This document shows, piece by piece, positions 41,078 through 51,716 of a stretch of DNA of 64,000 nucleotides (its first letter is position 1; each line of letters opens with the position of its first letter). Source of the DNA: Alphaproteobacteria bacterium (GTDB lineage Bacteria; Pseudomonadota; Alphaproteobacteria; UBA2966); NCBI GenBank assembly GCA_964291395.2, contig OZ219856.1:2080001-2144000 (forward strand), read 5' to 3'. The notes below the pieces were generated by a model, which was given only the letters and a program-made list of their open reading frames with translations, was not told the DNA's origin and did not search any database. The translations under genes and the position numbers were made by a program.

Positions 41078-42166
41078 ATGATCGGTAAATCTCTATCCCG
41101 TTCGCTGTGCCTTTTTGGGGCGGCGATGTTTGCCTTTGGCGTATTTGCGAAGAGTGATGCGGTCGCCCAGAAGCGTTTCGATGGCGTCACCCTGACCGTG
41201 GCGACGTTCCCCGGCGCCTGGCGTGACGGGATCATCAAAGTGACCGGAGCGAAATTCGAAGCGCTCGGCGGCAAGCTCGAATGGACGCCGGGCTCGACCA
41301 CCGAATTTCTGCAGCAAGCGATCGCGGCCCGCGGCGATTACGTGTTCGACGTGGTCGAGGTCGTCGAAGACCTCTGGTCGAAGTGGATGGGCGGCGGTTT
41401 CGTGCAGAAGTGGGACCACTCCAAGCTGCCGAACCTCTCGCAACTCGGTCCCAAGATGTACGACGAATATCGGGTCGCCCACTGGATCGTCCTGCAATCG
41501 ATCATCTACAACGTCGACAAGTTCGAGGAGAACGGCATCCCGGCGCCGACCAAATATTCCGACCTTATCCATCCCAAACTGAAGAAGCGGGTCGTGTCCC
41601 GTGACTTCACCAATTTCACCGGAATATTCCCTGTAGTGGGCTTGGCCCGTGAATTCGGTGGCGGCGAGCACGACATCACGCCTGGTCTCAAGGCTTTGAA
41701 GGAGATGGATGTGCATTCGTTCCTCGGCTTGAGCAGCCAGGGTCCGCAGCTCATGCAGGCAGGCGGCGTTTGGGCTTCCATGATACACGCGGGTTGGGGC
41801 GTGCGGTTGATCAACGCGGGCGAGCCCGTGGCCGTCGTGCACCCGGAAGTCGCGGGAAAGAAGGGCATGCCGACGCTCGGCTACATCGCCCTGTCGAAAG
41901 CCTCCAAGAACCCGGAAGCGGCGCATTGGCTGATGAACGAGCTCATCGGCGCCGAGCAGCAGGAGCACTGGTACAAGTCTTCCGGTATCGTTCCGGTGAA
42001 CAAGGACACCTTGGCCAAAGTCGCGTCGAGTCCCGTAATCGGCAAAGACGGTAATCCGGCCCTCATGCTCGATGCCGAGGAACTCGCCAATGCCTATTAC
42101 GTCGATTTCTCGAAGTACGACGCCAAGACCTGGAACGAGGAATTCAACAGCATCTTCTTTCAGTAG
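41078..42166 (+). CDS. ABC extracellular solute-binding protein (PotD/PotF-like, copy 1)
   Basis: Signal peptide, LTVATFPGAW, PTKYSDLIHP, NPEAAHWLMN. Confidence 0.88.
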   Translation: MIGKSLSRSLCLFGAAMFAFGVFAKSDAVAQKRFDGVTLTVATFPGAWRDGIIKVTGAKFEALGGKLEWTPGSTTEFLQQAIAARGDYVFDVVEVVEDLWSKWMGGGFVQKWDHSKLPNLSQLGPKMYDEYRVAHWIVLQSIIYNVDKFEENGIPAPTKYSDLIHPKLKKRVVSRDFTNFTGIFPVVGLAREFGGGEHDITPGLKALKEMDVHSFLGLSSQGPQLMQAGGVWASMIHAGWGVRLINAGEPVAVVHPEVAGKKGMPTLGYIALSKASKNPEAAHWLMNELIGAEQQEHWYKSSGIVPVNKDTLAKVASSPVIGKDGNPALMLDAEELANAYYVDFSKYDAKTWNEEFNSIFFQ

Positions 42167-42616
42167 GCGCGAGCGGCCGTGTTGACCGACGCGCGGCCGC
42201 CCGGGATGGAAACGTGCCCGATGGCGAGGTGACGTAGGCGGACAGGCGCACCTTTCACGACGCCGCTCGCTCTGCGATCGGCAAGGTCGCAGTTCGGGCG
42301 GCCAAGGCCGAAGCCCGGCCGCTCCGCGTCGTGCGGCGTCGAGAGCGGCTCCGCCCGCGTCGGCGCCGACGAGAAACCGAGTCGGAACGCCGTCGGCGAC
42401 GATGACGAAGCGCCCGTCCCTTCGTCGTCGAAAGCGGCACCGACGCGTCCCCAAAACTCCCAACCGGCGCCGCATGTTTGACTGCAACGTCAAAGCGGTA
42501 GATACCACCGGCGAGTCTCCTCACGGCGACATGCCGGACATCTGCCTTGCCCGCGAGGTCCCCCTTACGAAGCGAGCGGTGCCGTACCCGTTGCCGGAAC
42601 ACGGAATCGGTCGTGC

Positions 42617-43201
42617 ATGACCAAACTGAACTCACTTTGTGTCTTCTGCGGCGCCCGGACGGGCACCGACCCCACGCACCGGGCAGCCGCCCAACGCCTG
42701 GGGACGTTGCTTGGCGAAAGGCGGATCAAGCTCATCTTCGGCGCGGGAAGCATAGGTCTCATGGGTGTGGCGGCGGACGCGGCACTCGCGGCCGGAGGTG
42801 ACGCCGTCGGCGTGATCCCGCACCATCTCAACCGGGTGGAATTGGCGCACGACCGCCTCACCGAGGTTCACGTGGTCAATTCCATGCACGAGCGCAAGCA
42901 GCGGATGTTCGAACTGGCGGACGCGTTCGCGATCCTTCCGGGTGGTTTGGGAACCCTTGACGAGACCATAGAAATCATCACGTGGCGTCAACTTCGGCTT
43001 CATCGAATGCCCGTGGTACTGATCGATCACAACGGATACTGGCGGCCCTTCATCGACCTCGTCGGTCATGTCGTGGATCAGGGTTTTGCCGATCCGTCGG
43101 CATCCGATCTGTTCGCCGTCGTCAACAGCGTGGACGACGTCATTCCCGAGATCGAGGCGCTCCTTCCGGTCGGGAAACCCGCGAAGCCCGACTATCCGTA
43201 G
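42617..43201 (+). CDS. LOG family nucleotide phosphoribohydrolase (TIGR00730)
   Basis: GLMG, MHERK, PGGLGTLDE motif. Confidence 0.94.
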   Translation: MTKLNSLCVFCGARTGTDPTHRAAAQRLGTLLGERRIKLIFGAGSIGLMGVAADAALAAGGDAVGVIPHHLNRVELAHDRLTEVHVVNSMHERKQRMFELADAFAILPGGLGTLDETIEIITWRQLRLHRMPVVLIDHNGYWRPFIDLVGHVVDQGFADPSASDLFAVVNSVDDVIPEIEALLPVGKPAKPDYP

Positions 43202-43285
43202 GCCGCAGCTTTGATCCCCCGGAGGCGGGTGATATCTTCCGGCGGCCGATTCGGGGCCAGGGGAATCTGGGGACGGGAGCGCGGT

Positions 43286-44503
43286 ATGGCGAGAATTCCG
43301 GTGCAACATCCGGTGGTCGAGCTCGACGGCGACGAGATGACGCGCATCATCTGGGCGTTCATCAAGGACAAGCTGGTCCTGCCATATCTCGACCTGGATC
43401 TCATCTACTTCGACCTCGGCATCGAGAGCAGGGATTCCACGGACGACCAGATCACCGTCGACGCCGCGAACGCCATCAAGGAAGTCGGCGTCGGAGTCAA
43501 ATGCGCCACCATCACGCCGGACGAAAGCCGGGTGGAGGAATTCGGTCTCAAGAGCATGTGGCGCTCTCCCAACGGCACCATTCGGAACATCCTGGGCGGA
43601 ACGGTCTTTCGCGAGCCGATCATCTGCAAGAACGTCCCCCGTCTCGTTCCCGGCTGGACCGATCCCATCGTCATCGGCAGGCATGCGTTCGGCGACCAGT
43701 ACCGGGCCACCGATTTCGTGGTGCCCGGACCCGGCAAGCTCACCCTGAAGTACGAGCCCGAAGACGGCGGCAAGGCGACCGAGTACGAGATTTACGAGTT
43801 CCCCGGCGGGGGCGTGGCCCTCGGCATGTACAACCTGGACGAGTCCATTCGCGGGTTTGCCCGCGCCTGCTTCAACTACGGCCTGGCCCGCAAATGGCCG
43901 GTGTACCTCTCGACCAAGAACACGATCCTCAAGGCCTACGACGGCCGTTTCAAGGATCTGTTCCAGGAGGTCTTCGAGAACGAATTCAAGGACCGATTCG
44001 ACGACGACGGCATCATGTACGAGCATCGGCTGATCGACGACATGGTCGCCGCCGCCTTGAAGTGGAGCGGAAAATTCGTGTGGGCCTGCAAGAATTACGA
44101 TGGCGACGTGCAATCCGACACGGTGGCGCAGGGCTTCGGCTCGCTCGGCCTCATGACATCCGTGCTGATGACGCCCGACGGCAAAACCGTGGAGGCCGAG
44201 GCGGCGCACGGAACGGTCACCCGCCACTACCGCCAGCATCAACAAGGCAAGGAGACGTCCACGAATCCCATCGCGTCGATCTTTGCCTGGACCGGCGGCC
44301 TGAAGCATCGAGCCCATCTCGACGACAACCGGGAGCTCAAGACCTTCTGCGAGACGCTCGAGCGCGTTTGCATCGACACCGTGGAAAGCGGCTTCATGAC
44401 GAAGGACCTGGCCATGCTGATCGGACCCGATCAGTCCTGGCTGACGACCAACCAGTTCCTCGACCAACTGGACGAGGGCCTGCGGGCGCAGATGGACGCC
44501 TAG
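43286..44503 (+). CDS. icd: NADP-dependent isocitrate dehydrogenase
   Basis: [37 protein letters not shown]. Confidence 0.98.
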   Translation: MARIPVQHPVVELDGDEMTRIIWAFIKDKLVLPYLDLDLIYFDLGIESRDSTDDQITVDAANAIKEVGVGVKCATITPDESRVEEFGLKSMWRSPNGTIRNILGGTVFREPIICKNVPRLVPGWTDPIVIGRHAFGDQYRATDFVVPGPGKLTLKYEPEDGGKATEYEIYEFPGGGVALGMYNLDESIRGFARACFNYGLARKWPVYLSTKNTILKAYDGRFKDLFQEVFENEFKDRFDDDGIMYEHRLIDDMVAAALKWSGKFVWACKNYDGDVQSDTVAQGFGSLGLMTSVLMTPDGKTVEAEAAHGTVTRHYRQHQQGKETSTNPIASIFAWTGGLKHRAHLDDNRELKTFCETLERVCIDTVESGFMTKDLAMLIGPDQSWLTTNQFLDQLDEGLRAQMDA

Positions 44504-44509
44504 ACGGAG

Positions 44510-47158
44510 CTACGCCGCGGCGCGGGCTCCGATCGCCTCTTCGACCGCGGAGAGGGCCTCGTCGGCCCTGCTGCCGTCGGGCCCACCCGCCTGAGCCATA
44601 TCGGGGCGGCCACCGCCTCCCCTGCCGCCGAGCGCCTCGGCCCCGCTCCTGACCAGGTCAACCGCGTTGAACGTCGCCTCGAGAGACTCCGTGACCCCGA
44701 CGACCAGCGACGCCTTGCCCTCGGTCACCGCGACGACGGCGTAGATACCTTCACCCGATCGCTTGAGATCGTCGACCATCGCCTTGAGGTCACGGGACGA
44801 GGCACCGTCGACACGCCGACCGACGTACCGCACGCCGGCGACCTCCTTGGCCGCCGGTCCCGCCGAGGAACCACCCGTCGCCAGCCTGCGCCGTGCGTCG
44901 GCCAGTTCCCGTTCGAGGCGCTTACGCTCTTCAACAAGGGCCCGGACCCGTTCCGCCGCTTCCGACGGCGAGGCCCTGAGCTCGGCGGCGACTTCGTTGA
45001 GGGCACGCTCCTCCGCGCGCACGTAGTCCGCCGCGGCCTCGCCCGTAAGGGCCTCGATACGGCGCACGCCGGCCGCGACGGCGCCCTCGCCGACGATCTT
45101 GAAGAACCCGATGTCACCCACGCGCGCCACGTGCGTACCGCCGCAGAGCTCCACCGAGTTGGGCGCACCTTCGCCGCCCCCCATGGCCACGACCCGGACC
45201 TCGTCGCCGTACTTCTCGCCGAACAACGCGAGGGCGCCCTGTTCCACGGCCTCGTCGGGACTCATGAGGACCGTCCCGACACTCGCGTTCCGGCGAACGT
45301 TGAGGTTGACGTCCGACTCGATGGTTTCGAGTTCTTCGGCGGTGACCGCTTTGGGGTGCGCGAAGTCAAACCGCAACCGGTCCGGCGTGACCAGCGAGCC
45401 CTTCTGGACCACGTGATCACCCAACGCGCGGCGCAGCGCCGCGTGCATCAGGTGCGTCGCGGAGTGGTTGGAGCGCAACCGCGAACGCCGCTCGCCGTCG
45501 ACGCGGAGCTCCACCGCGTCCCCCACGCGCAGGGCACCCCCCTTGACCGAGCCGACGTGCGCGTGGACGTCGCCGAGGTGCTTCGTCGTATCGTGGACGG
45601 CAACTTCCACGCCGTCAGCCGTGAACATCACACCCGTGTCCCCCACCTGACCGCCCGCCTCCCCGTAGAACGGGGTCTGGTTGACGACGACAAGAACCTC
45701 CGTGCCGTCCGCGGCGCTTTCCACCTCGGCACCGTCCACGACGATGGCCTCGACCCGGGCCTCGGCGTCGTGGGTCTCGTGGCCGAGAAACTCCGTGGCG
45801 CCGACGCGCTCGCGCACCTCGAACCACAATACATCGGTCGCCGCCTCGCCCGAGCCGGCCCACGCCTTCCGCGCTTCTTCTCGCTGGCGATCCATCGCGG
45901 CGTCGAAGCCCTCGGTATCGACTTCGACACCACGGTTTCGCAGGGCATCCTGGGTCAGGTCCAGGGGAAAGCCGTAGGTGTCGTACAGCCGAAACGCCAC
46001 GTCGCCCGGCAAGGGTTGACCATCGCCGAGGTCTCCCGCGGCGTCTTCGAGAAGCTTCAAGCCGCGCTCGAGCGTTCGCTTGAAGCGCGTCTCCTCCAAC
46101 TTGAGGGTCTCGGTGACCAGGGGCTCGGCGCGGCCGAGCTCGGGATATGCCTGGCCCATCCGTGCGACAAGGGCCGGAACCAATCGCCAGAGCAGCGGCT
46201 CTTCGCATCCCATCAAATGGGCGTGGCGCATGGCGCGGCGCATGATTCGCCGCAACACGTAACCCCGGCCCTCGTTCGACGGCATGACGCCGTCCGCCAT
46301 CAGAAAACTGACCGAGCGCAGATGATCCGCGATCACGCGGTGCGACACCGCGTGATCCGCATCCGCAGCCTGCCCGCTCGCCTCGGCCGACGCTTCGATG
46401 AGAGCGCGGAGCAAATCGATGTCGTATATGTCGTGGCGGCCCTGGAGCACCGTCGTGATTCGCTCCAATCCCATGCCCGTATCGATCGAGGGCCTGGGCA
46501 GGTCGATGCGCTCATCCTCGGTAACCTGCTCGAACTGCATGAAAACGAGGTTCCAGATTTCGACGAAACGGTCGCCGTCCTCGTCGGGGCTCCCCGGAGG
46601 CCCGCCAGGAATGTGGTCGCCGTGATCGTAGAAAATCTCGGAACACGGCCCGCAGGGACCCGTGGGGCCCATCGCCCAGAAATTATCGGAGGTCGGAATG
46701 CGGATGATCCGGTCTTCCGGCAATCCCGCAATTTTCTTCCAGAGATCGAAGGCCTGATCGTCTTCGGCATACACCGTGGTCAGCAGCCTGTCCGCCGGCA
46801 ACCCGAATTCCCGGGTCACCAGTTTCCACGCGAGCTCGATCGCCAGCTCCTTGAAATAGTCTCCGAAGGAGAAATTGCCCAGCATTTCGAAGAACGTGGC
46901 GTGTCGGGCGGTATAGCCGACGTTGTCGAGATCGTTGTGCTTGCCGCCGGCGCGCACACACTTTTGCGAGGTCACGGCACGGTTGTAATCGCGCACTTCG
47001 GCCCCGGTGAACACGTTCTTGAACTGCACCATGCCGGCGTTCGCGAACATGAGCGTCGGGTCGTTGTGCGGCACCAGCGGACTCGACGCGACAGGCTCGT
47101 GACCATGCGCCACGAAATAGTCGATAAATGCCTTTCGAATATCGTTCGCCGAAGTCAT
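44510..47158 (-). CDS. alaS: Alanine--tRNA ligase
   Basis: [53 protein letters not shown]. Confidence 0.99.
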   Translation of the reverse strand: MTSANDIRKAFIDYFVAHGHEPVASSPLVPHNDPTLMFANAGMVQFKNVFTGAEVRDYNRAVTSQKCVRAGGKHNDLDNVGYTARHATFFEMLGNFSFGDYFKELAIELAWKLVTREFGLPADRLLTTVYAEDDQAFDLWKKIAGLPEDRIIRIPTSDNFWAMGPTGPCGPCSEIFYDHGDHIPGGPPGSPDEDGDRFVEIWNLVFMQFEQVTEDERIDLPRPSIDTGMGLERITTVLQGRHDIYDIDLLRALIEASAEASGQAADADHAVSHRVIADHLRSVSFLMADGVMPSNEGRGYVLRRIMRRAMRHAHLMGCEEPLLWRLVPALVARMGQAYPELGRAEPLVTETLKLEETRFKRTLERGLKLLEDAAGDLGDGQPLPGDVAFRLYDTYGFPLDLTQDALRNRGVEVDTEGFDAAMDRQREEARKAWAGSGEAATDVLWFEVRERVGATEFLGHETHDAEARVEAIVVDGAEVESAADGTEVLVVVNQTPFYGEAGGQVGDTGVMFTADGVEVAVHDTTKHLGDVHAHVGSVKGGALRVGDAVELRVDGERRSRLRSNHSATHLMHAALRRALGDHVVQKGSLVTPDRLRFDFAHPKAVTAEELETIESDVNLNVRRNASVGTVLMSPDEAVEQGALALFGEKYGDEVRVVAMGGGEGAPNSVELCGGTHVARVGDIGFFKIVGEGAVAAGVRRIEALTGEAAADYVRAEERALNEVAAELRASPSEAAERVRALVEERKRLERELADARRRLATGGSSAGPAAKEVAGVRYVGRRVDGASSRDLKAMVDDLKRSGEGIYAVVAVTEGKASLVVGVTESLEATFNAVDLVRSGAEALGGRGGGGRPDMAQAGGPDGSRADEALSAVEEAIGARAAA

Positions 47159-47432
47159 CCGTCTCACCGTTCACGGCGCTTCACGGGCGCGCCGCCTCTT
47201 CCTGAAGTGCGGTCCCGGACCGAAGTCGGGTTCGCCGAAGCTTCTAGCCCTGCGCGGGAATCCTGTCCAGCCAGGGATGGCCGGCCGATTCAGGCCATGG
47301 ACATGGGCATTCCCGGGCCCGGATGCAAAGAGAAAGCGGCACGCCGGGCGTGGGAATCGGTGTGGGGACCGGCGTCGGACCCGGACGAAATGCCCTGAAC
47401 GCGGGACAGTCCGATGGCGGCAAGCCTGTCGT

Positions 47433-48545
47433 CTAGGCGCCGGCGGCGGCAGCCTCCCCATCGTCCCCGTCGCCAGCCGCAGCGACCGGCTCCTCCATGA
47501 TCGTATCCGCGATCAGACCGGCGTTACGACGGATTTCGACGTCGATAGCATCCGCGACTTCCGGAGTCTCCTTCAGATAGGCCTTGGCGTTTTCCCGGCC
47601 CTGGCCAATCCGCCGGCCATCGTAGGAGAACCAGGACCCGGATTTCTCGATAATGCCGGCCCGAACGCCGAGATCGATGAGTTCGCCCATGCGGGAAACG
47701 CCCTCGCCGTACATGATGTCGAATTCGACCATCTTGAACGGCGGTGCGAGCTTGTTCTTGACCACCTTCACGCGGGTTTGATTGCCGACCACCTCGTCGC
47801 GGTCCTTGATCGCGCCGATCCGCCGGATGTCGAGGCGCACCGACGAATAGAACTTGAGCGCGTTGCCGCCCGTCGTCGTTTCCGGATTGCCGAACATCAC
47901 GCCGATCTTCATGCGGATCTGATTGATGAAGACCACCATGCAGTTGGACCGCGAGATCGAGGACGTCAGTTTGCGAAGCGCCTGGCTCATCAACCGGGCC
48001 TGGAGGCCGACGTGCGTGTCCCCCATCTCGCCCTCGAGCTCCGCCCGCGGCACGAGCGCCGCAACCGAGTCGATCACGAGAGCATCCACCGCACCGGAGC
48101 GCACGAGCGTATCGGCGATCTCGAGCGCCTGCTCGCCGGTGTCGGGCTGGGAGATCAGCAGGTCTTCGACGTTCACCCCCAACTTGCGGGCATACACGGG
48201 GTCGAGCGCATGCTCGGCATCGATGAAGGCGCAGATGCCGCCGCGCTTTTGCGCCTCGGCCACCACGTGAAGCGCCAACGTCGTCTTGCCGGAGCTTTCG
48301 GGTCCGTAGATTTCCACCACCCGGCCGCGCGGTAAGCCGCCAATGCCAAGGATTCCAATGCCAAGGGCAATGTCGAGGGCCAACGAGCCGGTCGGGATCG
48401 CATCGATCTCGACGGCTTGCTCACGCTGCCCGAGCTTCATGACCGAGCCCTTGCCGAAAGCCCGTTCGATCTGGCTCAGCGCCGCTTCCAGTGCCTTTTC
48501 CTTGTCCATTCCGCCATCCACGACGCGAAGTGATGATTCGGTCAT
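47433..48545 (-). CDS. recA: Recombinase A (carries a 5-aa insertion)
   Basis: [35 protein letters not shown]. Confidence 0.99.
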   Translation of the reverse strand: MTESSLRVVDGGMDKEKALEAALSQIERAFGKGSVMKLGQREQAVEIDAIPTGSLALDIALGIGILGIGGLPRGRVVEIYGPESSGKTTLALHVVAEAQKRGGICAFIDAEHALDPVYARKLGVNVEDLLISQPDTGEQALEIADTLVRSGAVDALVIDSVAALVPRAELEGEMGDTHVGLQARLMSQALRKLTSSISRSNCMVVFINQIRMKIGVMFGNPETTTGGNALKFYSSVRLDIRRIGAIKDRDEVVGNQTRVKVVKNKLAPPFKMVEFDIMYGEGVSRMGELIDLGVRAGIIEKSGSWFSYDGRRIGQGRENAKAYLKETPEVADAIDVEIRRNAGLIADTIMEEPVAAAGDGDDGEAAAAGA

Positions 48546-48662
48546 TGTCGTTCCTCTCTTATTCCACAGGGGATATCCGCTTGCAATGCCACCCGAGCCT
48601 CACCGCGGCGCGCCGCTTCCCACCCGTCGACTTTGGCTGCCCCGGCCATGATTCGTTCAAAT

Positions 48663-48677
48663 GTACCCGTTTCGTTC
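48663..48677 (-). promoter_or_regulatory. Alphaproteobacterial LexA box overlapping the recA promoter
   Basis: GAAC-N7-GTAC on minus strand, within TTGTAA (-35) to TACATT (-10). Confidence 0.75.
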
Positions 48678-48854
48678 TCATTTACAAGAGGAAATTCAAC
48701 TCATTGTTTCGATGACATGAATTCCCATTTGTTCCCCTTTCGTCCAAAAGGGAGGCCCAATCCCCGGATTCCGAATATGGAAGGTCGAGAGCATTATCTC
48801 GCCCGCACGCGCCGGTCATACCCGCATCATGCGAAGCACGGTCTCAAGAGCGTC

Positions 48855-49114
48855 CTCGAACGGCAAGGCGCCCGTCGCGACGGCCGTCAGTCCTCGAACA
48901 CGGCGCGAATGTTCTCGGGGAGAAGTACGTGCGCGTCGGCCGGCTTTTCAGGAACCGAAATCCCAGGCGACGTCGACACGCGGCTGCCCGCTCGAACGGC
49001 AAGGCGCCCGTCGCGACGGCCGTCAGTCCTCGAACACGGCGCGAATGTTCTCGGGGAGAAGTACGTGCGCGTCGGCCGGCTTTTCAGGAACCGAAATCCC
49101 AGGCGACGTCGACA
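48855..49114. repeat. Two exact 124-bp direct repeats (48855-48978, 48991-49114)
   Basis: ctcgaacggcaagg...ggcgacgtcgaca present twice with a 12-bp gap. Confidence 0.95.
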
Positions 49115-49130
49115 GGGTCATGAGGAGGCG

Positions 49131-49547
49131 TCAGTCGTCGCGATACGTTCGTTCACGTTTTTCATGACGTTCCTGAGCCTCGATGCTCAGGGTCGCGATC
49201 GGCCGTGCGTCAAGCCGGGACAGGTTGATCGGCTCTCCGGTATCCTCGCAGTAGCCGTAGCTGCCGTCCTGAAGCCGTTCCAAAGCGTTGTCGATCTTGG
49301 TCAGAAGCTTGCGTTCCCGATCCCGAGTTCTCAATTCGAGCGAGCGTTCCGATTCCACGGAGGCCCGATCCGCGAGATCGGGCTCCTGCAAGCTGTCCTC
49401 CTGCAGGTGCTGCAACGTCTGGGTGGATTCCCGAACCAATTCCTCCTTCCAGCTCAACAGCTTACGTCGAAAATATTCGCGCTGCCGAGCATTCATGAAC
49501 GGTTCGTCGTCGGACGGCTTGTAACCCTTGGGCAAGCGGGTCGCCAT
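49131..49547 (-). CDS. dksA: RNA polymerase-binding protein DksA
   Basis: EPFMN..QREYFR, DLADRA coiled-coil tip, GYCEDTGEPI one-Cys alphaproteobacterial type. Confidence 0.96.
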   Translation of the reverse strand: MATRLPKGYKPSDDEPFMNARQREYFRRKLLSWKEELVRESTQTLQHLQEDSLQEPDLADRASVESERSLELRTRDRERKLLTKIDNALERLQDGSYGYCEDTGEPINLSRLDARPIATLSIEAQERHEKRERTYRDD

Positions 49548-49808
49548 TGCACCTCCTGTGGCTGGGAGACTGATCCGCTTTTCGGCGGCGCGGAGTATAT
49601 GAAGGTGATCGGCCCGCAAGCAAGGGCGGAGAACCGCATGTTTTCAGATTTCCGGCCCACGCCGGTACGGCGTTCGGGAAAGCCAGTCCAACTCGGTGGG
49701 AGCCATATACCTCTACCGACCTGCGCCAGGATCCAAGCCCCGAATCCACGGTGCGGAGGTCCGCCCAATCTCCAACGCCCCGCAGGCATCCGATTCCGGT
49801 AGAATGAC

Positions 49809-50648
49809 GTGATGCGTTTGTGGGCGCTTTCCGACCTCCATCTGTCCCATCGCACGAACTGGGAAGCGCTGGACAGTATGCCCGCTTGTCCTGACGACTG
49901 GCTCATTCTCGCGGGCGACGTCTGCGAGGGTGCAGGTCTGCTCGACCGGTGCTTGCGGAAGCTGACCGGAAAATTTCGTCAGATCGTCTGGACACCGGGC
50001 AACCACGAGCTCTGGACGCTTCCAAGCGCCTCCGACGGGTTGCGAGGCGTCGCCCTGTACCGGCACCTCATCGAAATAGCGCGCAGCCACGGCGTGTTGA
50101 CGCCCGAGGATCCATATCCGGTCTTCCCGCATCCCGCAGGGCCGGTCGTGGTCGCACCGCTGTTCCTGCTCTACGACTACAGCTTCCGGCCCCGGCATGT
50201 CCCGGCTGACGAGGTGCTGCGATGGGCCGCCACAGCAAACACGGTCTGCGCCGACGAGTTCCTCCTGCACCCGGACCCGTTTCCGGATCGTGCCTCCTGG
50301 TGCGCTTCACGCTGCCGGGATGCCGCGGCGAGGCTCGCCTCATGTCCCGCCGAACTACCGAAGGTACTGATCAATCACTTTCCGCTCGAAGAGGAACTCG
50401 CCGTGCTGCCTCGCGTCCCGCGCTTCACGCCGTGGTGCGGCACCCGGTTGACGCGCGGATGGCACCGACGATTCAACGCCTGCGCAGTGATATACGGACA
50501 TCTGCATATCCGAGGACTCCATTGGCTTGATGGCGTACCTTTCCAAGAAGTATCGCTCGGCTATCCGAACCAGTGGTCTCAGATGCGGGGAATGGCCGTC
50601 TACATGCGAGAAATCACGATCGCCAAGCCAGAGCGCGCCGGACCTTGA
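49809..50648 (+). CDS. Metallophosphoesterase, PptH (Rv2795c)-like carrier-protein phosphopantetheinyl hydrolase
   Basis: WALSDLH, DDWLILAGDV, PGNHELWT, PLFLLYDYSF, NHFPL, WCGT, YGHLH, EVSLGYP, recalled as diagnostic of the Rv2795c family. Confidence 0.82.
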   Translation: MMRLWALSDLHLSHRTNWEALDSMPACPDDWLILAGDVCEGAGLLDRCLRKLTGKFRQIVWTPGNHELWTLPSASDGLRGVALYRHLIEIARSHGVLTPEDPYPVFPHPAGPVVVAPLFLLYDYSFRPRHVPADEVLRWAATANTVCADEFLLHPDPFPDRASWCASRCRDAAARLASCPAELPKVLINHFPLEEELAVLPRVPRFTPWCGTRLTRGWHRRFNACAVIYGHLHIRGLHWLDGVPFQEVSLGYPNQWSQMRGMAVYMREITIAKPERAGP

Positions 50649-51364
50649 TCAGACCGGATGAACGCTGGTGGAGTCCTTGGCGCGAATCCGACGGCGTAAT
50701 CGTCCTCCACGTCGACCTCTCACCCGACAGCGAGCGCGAGGCCCGTGCCCACGCCCTGCTCGACGACGAAGAAAAACAGCGCTGGTGCCGCTTTGCGGCG
50801 GAACGCCCGCGACGTCAGTTTGCCCTGTGCCGGGCCGCCCTTCGCCTCAACCTGGCCGAGCGCCTGGGCTGCTCCAACGGAGGACTGTCATTCGGCTATC
50901 AGGAACACGGCAAGCCGTTCGCCAGGGTGAAGGGAACTCCGGCGTCCGTCGGTTTCAACGTAAGCCACAGCGGAAAGCACGGACTGATCGCGTTGGCAGA
51001 CCGCTCTCATGTCGGCATTGACGTGGAAGAGCGCGTGGCGCGCCGCGACCTCGACGGCATCGGCAAGATGGTTTACGGCCCGGCGGAACGACGGTCACTG
51101 TCGGCCGTCGAAGGAGCGCGGAAGGTGCACCGTTTCTATCGGCTATGGAGTCTGAAGGAGGCGCTGATCAAAGCCCTCGGAACAGGATTCACGCTGAACC
51201 CATCGGGTTTCGAGGTGCCCGGAGCCATGCTTCACGGCGACCGGTCGGGCGTATTTCGGTTCCCGCACGCTCCGTCGGCCACGTGGCGGCTCGGGGACCT
51301 GGGTGAGCCCCGGTTCGCCGCGGCAATCGCGTACAAGTTGTCTGCTCCCCCATTCCCGGACTAA
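50645..51364 (+). CDS. Sfp-type 4'-phosphopantetheinyl transferase
   Basis: GKP, FNVSHSG, VGIDVE, WSLKEALIKALG; TTGA overlap with upstream gene. Confidence 0.92.
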   Translation: MIRPDERWWSPWRESDGVIVLHVDLSPDSEREARAHALLDDEEKQRWCRFAAERPRRQFALCRAALRLNLAERLGCSNGGLSFGYQEHGKPFARVKGTPASVGFNVSHSGKHGLIALADRSHVGIDVEERVARRDLDGIGKMVYGPAERRSLSAVEGARKVHRFYRLWSLKEALIKALGTGFTLNPSGFEVPGAMLHGDRSGVFRFPHAPSATWRLGDLGEPRFAAAIAYKLSAPPFPD

Positions 51365-51487
51365 ACATGTGGTTTCGATGGTCCGACCGGTTCGCCAAAC
51401 CGGTTGCCCACGGCCGGCGAGGCTCCAAGAACTCCTACACCACGCACCAGGACAGGATCGGACCAATCTCCACAATGGGACATCACA

Positions 51488-51658
51488 ATGATCGTATTGC
51501 TATCCAAAGTGGCAACTTATTCCCTGGCGGCAATGGCATTCGTGTTCCTGTCCACCGCGATTTGGAAGGACGTGGATTATGCGTGCCATCAAACGGTATG
51601 GGCGTCCTACAAAATCGACAAGGCGGTCGCGGAAGCCATGGAACAAATCACCCGGTAG
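51488..51658 (+). CDS. Small hypothetical protein with N-terminal hydrophobic helix
   Basis: 56-aa ORF MIVLLSKVATYSLAAMAFVFLSTAIWKD... filling the intergenic gap. Confidence 0.4.
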   Translation: MIVLLSKVATYSLAAMAFVFLSTAIWKDVDYACHQTVWASYKIDKAVAEAMEQITR

Positions 51659-51716
51659 TCGAAATCGGACAGGAGAAACCCGTCGTTCAGCGAGTCGAAG
51701 CCTGGCGGTGGCAGAA

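Noticed and set aside
42632-47398. Long alternative ORFs (611, 556, 755 aa) over LOG, icd and alaS
   Set aside because: Overlap conserved housekeeping genes; no recognisable domains
47433-48545. Intein in recA
   Set aside because: Insertion is only 5 aa, with no intein motifs
48855-49114. 124-bp duplication considered as CRISPR or IS ends
   Set aside because: Unit too long for a CRISPR repeat, direct rather than inverted, and no transposase between copies
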